Shown piece after piece: positions 44,107 through 52,628 of a DNA stretch of 64,000 nucleotides. Location: the NCBI GenBank assembly GCA_044220955.1, contig JBGAQA010000025.1, forward strand, positions 1 to 64,000, written 5' to 3'. The translations under genes were made by a program, and so were the position numbers. The number at the start of each line of letters is the position of its first letter. Position 1 is the stretch's first letter. The notes under the pieces are model-generated. The model made no database searches and was not told the origin of the DNA. It saw nothing but the letters and a program-made list of their open reading frames with translations. This DNA is from Sandaracinaceae bacterium (GTDB lineage Bacteria > Myxococcota_A > Polyangia > Polyangiales > Sandaracinaceae).

Positions 44107-44712
44107 GTGGCCACGAAGAAGCCCAAGGCGCGCGCGGCGGCGCCCAAGAAGACGAGGAAGCGGACGACGGCGGCGTCGAAGCGGAAGGCGCCCGCGGCGA
44201 AGAAGGCCCTGGCGCGCAAGGTGCCCGCCCCGTCGAAGCGCAAGCGCCAGGCCGTTCGACCGAAGAAGGCGGCGGTGAAGACCGCGGCGAGGGCGCGCCG
44301 ACCTCGCGCGCCCAGGACCCGGACCCGCGAGTCGATGACCCTCGAGACGACGCTCCTGGCGTCACCCGAGCGCGTCTACGCGGCGTGGATCGACAGCGGT
44401 GAGCACTCGGAGTTCACCGGCGGCGAGGCGATCATCGACGCTCGCGAGGGCGGCAAGCACAGCGCCTGGAGCGGCTACATCGAGGGCCGCTTCATCACGC
44501 TCGAGCCAGGCAAGCGACTCGTCATGTCATGGCGCACGACCGAGTTCGACGAGAGCGACCCCGACTCGCACGTCGAGCTGCGCTTTCTGCCCGACGGGGG
44601 CGGGACACGCCTCGAGCTCGTGCACACCGAGCTGCCTCCGGGCGGCGAGCAGAAGTACACCACGGGCTGGCGCGAGTTCTACTTCGTGCCCATGCGGAAG
44701 TACTTCGGCTGA
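44107..44712 (+). CDS. SRPBCC/AHSA1 domain protein with Lys/Arg/Ala-rich N-terminal tail
   Basis: PERVYAAW, PGKRLVMSWR, TRLELVH, GWREFY; about 75-aa basic tail. Confidence 0.8.
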   Translation: MATKKPKARAAAPKKTRKRTTAASKRKAPAAKKALARKVPAPSKRKRQAVRPKKAAVKTAARARRPRAPRTRTRESMTLETTLLASPERVYAAWIDSGEHSEFTGGEAIIDAREGGKHSAWSGYIEGRFITLEPGKRLVMSWRTTEFDESDPDSHVELRFLPDGGGTRLELVHTELPPGGEQKYTTGWREFYFVPMRKYFG

Positions 44713-44823
44713 AGCGTCGGGGCTCGGCCCAGCACGCCAGAGCCAGCGGTTCGCGCGCCTCGTCCCTGCCGAAGCCAGGCCAGCGTGGTCGCATCGCGTC
44801 CGAGCCGCCGACGCCTCCGTCGC

Positions 44824-45516
44824 TCAGATGGTGATGCCAGGTGCCTGCGCGGGGCTCGACTCGCGGATCGCGCGCTCGAGGGCCGCCTGGTCGAAGCCGC
44901 GGATGATCGTCCCGCGGAAGTCGATGATGGGGATGCTCCCCGTCGGGATCCCGGCCTGGCTCGCCACGCGCTGCATCTCCTCGCGCGCGCCCGGGTCGTG
45001 CTCGATGTCACGCTCGACGAAGGCAATCCCGCGCGCGCGGAGAAACGCCTGTGCCTCGTGGCACGCGCCGCACCACTCGGCCCCGTAGATCACGACGTCG
45101 CCGCCTCCGGCATGCGAGCCCTCCGCATGGGCGCTCGCGACGTACGTCGTCACGTGCTCCTCGAACGTGTCCCGTGGCAGCCGCCGGACCGTGTACGCGC
45201 CGTGCTCGTCCGCGGTGCGCAGGTCGGCGATGTAGACGTGGTCCGGGTCGCGGTCCTCGGGCGCGACCTCGAGCGAGTCGACCCGCACCTCGGCGCGCCG
45301 CTCCGGCGGTACCTCCGCGCGGCTGGCGGCGACGTGCGGCCCTTCCTCGTCGTACCAGGTGAGGACGAGGCCCTCGGCCGCGCCGCTCACCTCGAAGGGG
45401 GGCGTCGCCACCTCGCCCAGCTCTTCGGAGCGCGACTCGTTGCCCGACGAAGCAGCGTCGCCGCCGCCGCCGCACGCGGCGATCGCCACGAAGAGGCCTG
45501 CCATCATCCAGCGCAT
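44824..45516 (-). CDS. Glutaredoxin-domain lipoprotein
   Basis: Lipobox IAAC; YGAEWCGAC, IPII, RGFD. Confidence 0.85.
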   Translation of the reverse strand: MRWMMAGLFVAIAACGGGGDAASSGNESRSEELGEVATPPFEVSGAAEGLVLTWYDEEGPHVAASRAEVPPERRAEVRVDSLEVAPEDRDPDHVYIADLRTADEHGAYTVRRLPRDTFEEHVTTYVASAHAEGSHAGGGDVVIYGAEWCGACHEAQAFLRARGIAFVERDIEHDPGAREEMQRVASQAGIPTGSIPIIDFRGTIIRGFDQAALERAIRESSPAQAPGITI

Positions 45517-45626
45517 CGCCACGAAATGTGGTGCGTCCGCGGCCGCCGTCAACCGATCGGCGCCGATCGCCACGCCTCGGGATCGGCCTTGCGCCCCATG
45601 CCCGGTGCAAGTCATGGTCGCGGCCG

Positions 45627-46379
45627 GTGCGCGCGAACGTCGATCTCTGCGGCTGCTTCCCGACCGGGCGTCACTACCCGGGGATCGCCGATCGGCTCCG
45701 CGCCGGGCAGCGCGTCGTGGGCCTCGCGCGCGGCTTCGCGGCCGACACCGTGTGGGCGCGCGCGGCGTTCGTCGTCATCGACTTCGAGACGACGGGCCTC
45801 GATCCCGAGGCGGACCGCGTGCTCGAGATCGGGCTCGCGGCGTTCGAGGACGGCGCGCTGGTCGTCTCCAAGAACTGGCTCGTGAACCCGACGGTCCCGG
45901 TCCCGGCCGAGTCGATGGCCGTGCACGGCATCACCGACGAGATGCTCCGGACCGCGCCGCGCTTCGCCGAGGTCTTCCCCGAGGTGCGCGAGATGCTCGA
46001 GGGGCGCATCCCCGTCGCCTACAACCACGGGTTCGACAGCCGCTTCCTCTGGGCCGAGCAACGCCGCGCAGGCCTGCCCACGCGGGGCGACGACCTGCCG
46101 CCCGCTTGCAGCGACGACGTGGTGTGGGTCGACCCGCTGGTGTGGGCGAGAGAGATCCAGAGGTCGGAGAAGGGCTTCAAGCTCGTCGACGTGGCCGCGC
46201 GCGTCGGTGTCTCGCTCGAGACCGCGCACCGGGCCGCGTTCGACGCCGAGGCGACCGGCCGCGTGCTGCTCGCGCTCGCGCCCTCGATGCCCGAGCGCTA
46301 CGGCGATCTGCTCCGCGTGCAGCCGCGCTACGCCGCGACGCAGGACGTGGAGAACGCCGGCTGGCGCATGAAGCGCTGA
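45627..46379 (+). CDS. DEDDh 3'-5' exonuclease (DnaQ-like)
   Basis: IDFETTG, AYNHGFD, AHRAAFDA; start uncertain. Confidence 0.88.
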   Translation: MRANVDLCGCFPTGRHYPGIADRLRAGQRVVGLARGFAADTVWARAAFVVIDFETTGLDPEADRVLEIGLAAFEDGALVVSKNWLVNPTVPVPAESMAVHGITDEMLRTAPRFAEVFPEVREMLEGRIPVAYNHGFDSRFLWAEQRRAGLPTRGDDLPPACSDDVVWVDPLVWAREIQRSEKGFKLVDVAARVGVSLETAHRAAFDAEATGRVLLALAPSMPERYGDLLRVQPRYAATQDVENAGWRMKR

Positions 46380-46382
46380 TTC

Positions 46383-46418
46383 TCGAGGGGCCCTGCGCGG
46401 CCTGCGCGGGCCCCTCGA
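46383..46418. terminator. GC-rich hairpin between convergent genes
   Basis: TCGAGGGGCCC...GGGCCCCTCGA 11-bp stem; no U-tract. Confidence 0.45.
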
Positions 46419-46451
46419 CGCGCCGGCGCAGCCGGACCCTCGTCGCGCGTG

Positions 46452-47546
46452 TCAGGGCAGCTGCGGCGCGGCGAAGACCCACACGCCGGCGTTGTAGACG
46501 GTGTGGCGCCACGACGATCGCGCCGGGGCCGTCGCGTAGGCGAAGGGGCCGAACGACGCGATGGGGAGCGTCGCGATCGGGACGAAGCACCAGCCGTCGT
46601 CCTCGACCTGCACCTGACCCGCCGAGAAGAACGCGGTGTAGGGCCCGCTCGCCGCGGTGGCGCTGGGGCAGACGGGCCGCGGATCGAGCCCCCACGTCCC
46701 GGTCACGTCGAGGTACGCGGTCAAGAGACCCACGGGCGGTGTCCAGCTTCGCGGGTTGGTGTCCGGCAGGGTCGCGGGAGCCAGCGTGAAGCGAAGCAAC
46801 GACGGCGCCGAGAGGTCGATCGCGTACGAGAACGCGCGCGTGGAGGTCGCGGCGATCAGTCCCTCGCTCGTGGGCGAGCCCCCCGCGTGCCCGGCGGGGA
46901 TCGTCAGCGCGGCGATGATCACCTCGTCCGTGAGCTCGGGCAGGATGCTCGCGCGCGCGCCCGTGCCCATCCACGTGCGATCGTCGAGGTTGAGCACGTG
47001 GTACGTGCTGGACGTGAGGAAGTACGCGCGGCGCAGCGACTCGACGTCGAACACGGTCTGGATCGGCGCGGTGGGCGCGGCCGTGCTCTGGCAGTCGAGG
47101 TCGTAGCTCCGCCAGGTCGTCCCGCCCGCGTTGACGAACGACGCGATGAACGAGCCCTCGTCGACGCGACCATCGCAGTCCTGGTCGACGCCGTCGCAGA
47201 GCTCGGTGGCGGTCGGATGGACCGCGGCGCGCGCGTCGTCGCAGTCGGTTCCACCGCAGGAGATCGCCTGGTAGTGGTCACCGTCCGCGTCCGCGCAACC
47301 GGACGCGTCGGGCGCGACGAACGCATCGTGGCCCACGTCGAGCGTGGGCGTCGCGTCCAGCGGCGGGTCCGCGGCGTCGTCCGGGCTCGCGGCGTCCGCG
47401 CCGCCGTCCCCCGCGCCCGTGTCGAGGCAGACCGGGCGGGCGCAGCGGGGCTCGCCGCAGCGACACCCGACCTGCTCGCCGTTCGCGCACGAGGCCGAGG
47501 TCAGGGCGGCCAGCAGGCAAGCGACGAGGAGCGGGCGCGCGAGCAT
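46452..47546 (-). CDS. Lipoprotein with putative metal-binding (MopE-related) repeat
   Basis: Lipobox SASC; DADGDHY...DCDD....HP.A.ELCDGVDQDCDG.VDEG. Confidence 0.8.
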   Translation of the reverse strand: MLARPLLVACLLAALTSASCANGEQVGCRCGEPRCARPVCLDTGAGDGGADAASPDDAADPPLDATPTLDVGHDAFVAPDASGCADADGDHYQAISCGGTDCDDARAAVHPTATELCDGVDQDCDGRVDEGSFIASFVNAGGTTWRSYDLDCQSTAAPTAPIQTVFDVESLRRAYFLTSSTYHVLNLDDRTWMGTGARASILPELTDEVIIAALTIPAGHAGGSPTSEGLIAATSTRAFSYAIDLSAPSLLRFTLAPATLPDTNPRSWTPPVGLLTAYLDVTGTWGLDPRPVCPSATAASGPYTAFFSAGQVQVEDDGWCFVPIATLPIASFGPFAYATAPARSSWRHTVYNAGVWVFAAPQLP

Positions 47547-47618
47547 GTCGTGATGATTGCACGCGCTCGGAGCAGGCGCCGCGTTGAAGGTGCGACCAGC
47601 CGTCGTAGAATCGCCCCG

Positions 47619-47999
47619 GTGGCGGGAGCAGAGCGGTTCGAGGTCGAGTCCACCTCCGGCGCGGAGCAGGACCGGGTCGTGCGCCTTCGCGTACCCGAGG
47701 GCTCGCGCTTCTTCGAGGGCCACTTCGAGGGGCGGCCCATGCTGCCGGGCGTCGCGCAGGTCGTCGCGATGGCGCACCGCGAGGCAGAGCGTGTCTTCGG
47801 TCCGCTCGGCGTGCCGCGCCGGATGAGCCGGATGAAGTTCACGGAGGTGATCCTGCCCGGGGACGCGCTCTCGCTCTCGCTGAGCCGCGACCGAGCGGGG
47901 ACCGAGAGCCTCGTGCGCTTTCGCATCGAGCGCCTGCTGCCGGAGGGGCCGCGCGTGGCGAGCACCGGAACCATCGCGTACGGAATCGACGAGACATGA
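47619..47999 (+). CDS. Hot-dog fold acyl-ACP dehydratase (ApeI/FabZ-like)
   Basis: FFEGHFEGRPMLPGVAQ, MKF..VILPGD; TAGAAT 7 nt before GTG; ATGA overlap with the halogenase. Confidence 0.8.
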   Translation: MAGAERFEVESTSGAEQDRVVRLRVPEGSRFFEGHFEGRPMLPGVAQVVAMAHREAERVFGPLGVPRRMSRMKFTEVILPGDALSLSLSRDRAGTESLVRFRIERLLPEGPRVASTGTIAYGIDET

Positions 48000-49786
48000 C
48001 CAGCTACGATCACGACGTCGTCATCCTCGGCGGAGGCCTGGCCGGGCTGACGCTGGCCCGGCAGCTACGCCGCGAGCTCCCGGCAGCGCGCGTTCTCGTC
48101 GTCGAGCGCCAGAGGCGGCCTCTGCCCGACGCGGCCCACAAGGTCGGCGAGTCGTCGGTCGAGCTCAGCTCGCACTACTTCGGCGTTCGCCTCGGCCTCG
48201 GCGAGTACCTGCGCAAGACGCACTTCATCAAGAACGGCCTGCGCTTCTTCCCGGGCGGCGGGCACACCCACCCGCTAGAAGCACGTACGGAGATCGGCCC
48301 GCCCGAGCTCGCGAAGGTGCCCTCGTTCCAGCTCGATCGGGGCCGGCTCGAGAGCGACCTGCGCGCGATGATCGTCGAGGACGGCGCGGCCCTGCTCGAG
48401 GGCTGGTCGGTGAAGGACGTCGCCCTCGACGGCGAGAACGGCCACACCGTGACGCTCGCCACGCTCTCCGGCGAAGAGGAGAAGACGATCCGCGCGCGCT
48501 GGGTCGTCGACGCCAGCGGACGCCGCGCGATCCTCCGCACCAAGCTCGGATTGACCGTGCCGAGCGGCCACCTCGCGAACGCCGCGTGGTGGCGGGTGCC
48601 CGGCAAGGTCGACGTGAAGGATCTCGTGCCCGAGTCCGAGCACGCCTGGCACGCCCGCGACCCGGAGCACATCCGCTGGTACTCGACGACGCACTTCATG
48701 GGCGAGGGGTACTGGTTCTGGTACATCCCGCTCGGCACCGGGCACATGTCGCTCGGCATCGTCGTGCACGACTCGGTGCATCCCTTCGACACGATCCGCA
48801 CCTACGAGCGGTCGATGGAGTGGGTGAAGAAGCACGAGCCGCGCTGCTACGAGCAGATCAAGGATCTGCCCGTCGAGGACTTCCTCTGCCTGCGCCACTA
48901 CTCGCACGGGAGCACGCGCTGCTTCTCGAGCGATCGCTGGGCGCTCGTGGGCGAGGCCGGCGTGTTCGCCGACCCGTTCTACTCGCCCGGCTCGGACTTC
49001 ATCGCCATCGCCAACTCGCTCACCACCGAGCTGATCCGGGACGAGCTCGCGGGGCGCCGCATCGCGACGCGCGTCGAGGCCTTCGACCGCTTCTACCTGC
49101 GCTTCTTCGACGTGGCGACCGAGACGTACCGCAAGGCGGCCAAGGTGTACGGCAGCCCGAAGGTGCTCCCGGCGAAGATCTACTGGGACGACTTCAACTA
49201 CTGGTCGTTCGTCTGCCAGTGGTTCTTCCAGAAGATCTACGCGCTCCCGGAGGCCGAATTCGCGCGCTTCGAGCCGGTCGCCATCGGCTTCGCGAAGCTG
49301 CACTTCCGCGCGCAGAAGGTCGTGAGCGAGTGGGCGGCGCGCGTGAGCGACGAGACCGACGGGCAGGCGGTGTACCTGCCGCCGATCCCGTCGATCCTCG
49401 CGAACCTGCACCTCGACCTCGACAAGTCGATGACGCCCTCGGAGACCGAGGCGTACATGACCGACAAGCTCGCGCTGGCCGAGGAGCTCGTGAACGAGAT
49501 CTTGCTCCGCGCGCTGCTCGCCGTCGGGCCCGACGCGGGCGTCGAGCTCGCGAAGGCCGTGGACCTCGCCTCCTGGCGCTCACCCATCTCTCGCGCACGC
49601 CTCGAGGCGGAGAACGCCGAGGGTGGCGCGCGACGAAGGCAGCTCTCGCCCATCGCGCGCGACTTCGAGCGCTGCCTGGGACGCGCCAAGCGCCACCCCG
49701 ACGTCACCTCGCTCGCAGCGTTGGTGGACCACGTCTCGCGCGCGCTCGGGATGCCCGGCGAGAGCGCCGTCGCGGCGGTGATGTGA
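47996..49786 (+). CDS. Flavin-dependent halogenase-like oxidoreductase
   Basis: GGGLAG, HKVGES, FIKNGLRFF (putative catalytic Lys), QLDRG, WFWYIP (WxWxIP), FADPFYSPG. Confidence 0.85.
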   Translation: MTSYDHDVVILGGGLAGLTLARQLRRELPAARVLVVERQRRPLPDAAHKVGESSVELSSHYFGVRLGLGEYLRKTHFIKNGLRFFPGGGHTHPLEARTEIGPPELAKVPSFQLDRGRLESDLRAMIVEDGAALLEGWSVKDVALDGENGHTVTLATLSGEEEKTIRARWVVDASGRRAILRTKLGLTVPSGHLANAAWWRVPGKVDVKDLVPESEHAWHARDPEHIRWYSTTHFMGEGYWFWYIPLGTGHMSLGIVVHDSVHPFDTIRTYERSMEWVKKHEPRCYEQIKDLPVEDFLCLRHYSHGSTRCFSSDRWALVGEAGVFADPFYSPGSDFIAIANSLTTELIRDELAGRRIATRVEAFDRFYLRFFDVATETYRKAAKVYGSPKVLPAKIYWDDFNYWSFVCQWFFQKIYALPEAEFARFEPVAIGFAKLHFRAQKVVSEWAARVSDETDGQAVYLPPIPSILANLHLDLDKSMTPSETEAYMTDKLALAEELVNEILLRALLAVGPDAGVELAKAVDLASWRSPISRARLEAENAEGGARRRQLSPIARDFERCLGRAKRHPDVTSLAALVDHVSRALGMPGESAVAAVM

Positions 49787-50355
49787 TGCGGCGCGCGGCG
49801 ATCCTCGTCGTCGCGCTCCTCTCGCTCTCGGCGCTCGCGTCGGGCCAGGACGCGGGCCCCCCGGCGGTCTCGTCGGACGTCGTGGCACCCGGCGAGCCGG
49901 CCGACTTCGACATCGAGGAGACGAGCGGCGTCACCCGCAACCTCCGCGACCTGCGCGGCCGCGTCGTGATCCTCTGGTACGAAGACCGCGAGCACACCGA
50001 CACGAACTACGCGCTGAAGCTCGAGCTGCACGAGTTCCTGGTGGACAACCAGCTGACCGGCGAAGTGACGACGTACGGCGTGGCGAACGTGCTCGGCGTC
50101 GACGGCGTGATCCGTGACATGGCACGGACGGCGATCCGCGCGATGGCCCAGCAGTACGGGATCCAGATCCTGCTCGACTGGGACGGCGTGCTCCAGCGCG
50201 CGCCCTTCGACTGCGCGGATCACGAGGCGAACTTCCTCCTCGTCGATCGGGAGGGCCGCATCCGCTACCGCCACGTCGGCGAGATGATGGGCTCGCACCG
50301 CACCGAGATGTACCGCGTGCTGCGCCGCATCCTGCACGAGCACCCCGCCGGCTGA
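49786..50355 (+). CDS. Exported thioredoxin-fold (YtfJ/redoxin-like) protein lacking CxxC
   Basis: Signal peptide; LRDLRGRVVILWYED, ILLDWDG, LVDREGRIRY; TGATG overlap. Confidence 0.7.
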   Translation: MRRAAILVVALLSLSALASGQDAGPPAVSSDVVAPGEPADFDIEETSGVTRNLRDLRGRVVILWYEDREHTDTNYALKLELHEFLVDNQLTGEVTTYGVANVLGVDGVIRDMARTAIRAMAQQYGIQILLDWDGVLQRAPFDCADHEANFLLVDREGRIRYRHVGEMMGSHRTEMYRVLRRILHEHPAG

Positions 50356-50433
50356 CGAGGGACGCCTCGGCGATCGCGGGGCGCGAGGTGGGTAGCGGTG
50401 GCCGCGCCACGCGTGCGCGTGCATCATGGGCTC

Positions 50434-51447
50434 GTGACCTTCGGCTCGCTTCGAATCGCCCTGGCCGCGTCGCTCCTCTCGCTCGCGTCGTGCGATCCGG
50501 CCCCGGCGATGGACGACGCCGCCGCCCCCGTCGACGGCGGCCCACCCGACCTCGTCACGCACGACGTGCGCATCATCGTGGAGCCGAGCGACGACGGCGC
50601 CATGCTGGTCGCGGCGATCGACTCTGCGACCGCGTCCGTCCACATGACGATGTACCTGCTCACGGATCGGGACGTGATCGACGCGCTCGTGCGCGCCCAC
50701 GGCCGCGGCGCCGACGTGCGCGTGATCCTCAACCAGGACTTCCCGCCCGGCTTCGTCGACAACGCCAGCGCGTTCACGGAGCTCGCCGCCGCCGGGATCC
50801 AGGTGCACTGGGCCCCCAGCCGCTTCCAGCTGACGCACGAGAAATGCGTGATCATCGACGCGCGTGAGGCGTGGATCATGACGATGAACGCCACGACGTC
50901 GTCGCCGAGCAGCAACCGGGAGTACCTCGCGGTGGACCACGAGCCGGTGGACGTGCGCGACGCCGAGATGATCTTCGAGGCCGACTTCGCGGACCGCGAC
51001 GTGCCGAGCTACGCGGGGCCGCTCCTCGTGTCGCCGCTGAACGTGCAGGCGCGCCTCTTCGATCTGCTCACGCACGCCACGAGCTCCATCGATCTCGAGG
51101 GCGAGGAGCTGAGCGACACGAACGTCGTCAACGCGCTGGTCGGCGCGCACGGCCGTGGCGTCGTGGTCCGCGTCCTGCTGGAGGGCGGCTCGCTCACGTC
51201 CGCGCAGCAAGCCGCGGTGACGAACCTGACGAACGCGGGGATCCCCGTCCGCCAGCTCACGACGCCGGACATCCACGCGAAGGCGATCGTCGTGGACGGC
51301 GCGCTCGCCTACGTCGGCTCGATCAACTTCACGTCCGCCTCGATCACGCGCAACCGCGAGCTGGGGATCGTCACCGACGACGCCGCCGCGGTGATGACCG
51401 TGAGCACGACGATCGCCGCCGACTTCGCCGCGGGGCGTCCGTTCTGA
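50434..51447 (+). CDS. Phospholipase D family lipoprotein
   Basis: Two HKD motifs (HEKCVIID, HAKAIVVD...GSIN); lipobox LASC. Confidence 0.88.
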   Translation: MTFGSLRIALAASLLSLASCDPAPAMDDAAAPVDGGPPDLVTHDVRIIVEPSDDGAMLVAAIDSATASVHMTMYLLTDRDVIDALVRAHGRGADVRVILNQDFPPGFVDNASAFTELAAAGIQVHWAPSRFQLTHEKCVIIDAREAWIMTMNATTSSPSSNREYLAVDHEPVDVRDAEMIFEADFADRDVPSYAGPLLVSPLNVQARLFDLLTHATSSIDLEGEELSDTNVVNALVGAHGRGVVVRVLLEGGSLTSAQQAAVTNLTNAGIPVRQLTTPDIHAKAIVVDGALAYVGSINFTSASITRNRELGIVTDDAAAVMTVSTTIAADFAAGRPF

Positions 51448-51508
51448 GCCGCCGAGCGCGGACGCGACGCCTCCGCGACGGGGGCGCGTCCCGCCCGGGC
51501 GCGGGCGA

Positions 51509-52609
51509 TCATCCGAAGTCGATGCAGCACCCGGTGATGCAGAACTGCCCTGCGGGGCAGATCGGGTCGATCGGCAGCCCGCATGGCTGCACGCCCGCCG
51601 GGCAACGCATCGGAACGCTCGAGTCCACCGGCGGCACGTACGCGTCGGGGTGGCCGCCGTCCGGGTACGGCGCGTCGGGGATGTTCGCGTCGTTCGGGGG
51701 TACCGCCGCGTCGGTGCTCGGGAAGCAGTCGGCCGGCAGCGTGTCGCGACCGAAGCAGAGCTCGCAGTGCTCGCAGGTGTTGAGACAGTCGGCGACGGGC
51801 GTGCAGGGCCGGCACGACGCCGGGTCGGTGAGTGTGTCGCGCGAGCAGGCGTCGTGGCCGGCGTCCGGGTTCGAGCCGACGAAGACGTAGTCCCCCGAGC
51901 CGGGGGTGATCTCGCAGCAGCCGAAGCAATCACAGCCGTTCGGGGTGAGCGGGCCGCAGACGTCGTGGCACATCGCGGTCTGCGTCGGCGGGCAGACGGA
52001 GGTGTTGGCGGCCTGGGCCGCGTCGTACGCGCAGCGGGTGAGCCCGCCGGGGCCGCCGGGGTTCACGTCGGGGCTGAGCATGTCGCAGCGGTAGTCGTAG
52101 GTGCAGCCGTCGTTGCCGCCGCCGCCGTCCTGGTCGTAGAAGCAGTCGGCGCTGCAGTTCGTGAGCGAGATCCCGGGGATCATGGGGTTGAACCCCGCCT
52201 CGTTGTTGCCGCAGGGGCCGAGGCAGTCGGGATCGAGCGCATCGACGAGGCCGTCGCCGTCGTCGTCGGTGCAGTTGCCGCACTGGTAGAGGTGGGTCTG
52301 ACAGAACGCCTGGAAGCAGCCGCCGGGGCCGACGTCGAAGCCGTTGCCGTCGGGACCGGGCGTGCCGGTGTCGACCGCGGGCGTGCCGGTGTCCGGCAGG
52401 AGCGGGGCGTCGAGTCCGTTCCCGTCGTTCGTGTTGAACGCGTCGACGGGAACCACGGGCGCGTCGATGCCGTTGCCGTCGTTGCGCAGGTTGGCATCCA
52501 TCTGCAGCCCCGAGTCGGCGCTCGGCTCGACGCCCGAGCTGCAGGAGCAGCCGGCGGCGAGCGAGAGGATCGCGACGACGATGCACGAGATGACGAGCGT
52601 GGCGCGCAT
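51509..52609 (-). CDS. Cys-rich myxobacterial lipoprotein
   Basis: Lipobox AAGC; DGNGxD linker repeats x3; CTDDDGDGLVD; more than 25 Cys. Confidence 0.75.
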   Translation of the reverse strand: MRATLVISCIVVAILSLAAGCSCSSGVEPSADSGLQMDANLRNDGNGIDAPVVPVDAFNTNDGNGLDAPLLPDTGTPAVDTGTPGPDGNGFDVGPGGCFQAFCQTHLYQCGNCTDDDGDGLVDALDPDCLGPCGNNEAGFNPMIPGISLTNCSADCFYDQDGGGGNDGCTYDYRCDMLSPDVNPGGPGGLTRCAYDAAQAANTSVCPPTQTAMCHDVCGPLTPNGCDCFGCCEITPGSGDYVFVGSNPDAGHDACSRDTLTDPASCRPCTPVADCLNTCEHCELCFGRDTLPADCFPSTDAAVPPNDANIPDAPYPDGGHPDAYVPPVDSSVPMRCPAGVQPCGLPIDPICPAGQFCITGCCIDFG

Positions 52610-52628
52610 TGGTCCAGAATAGCCGCGT

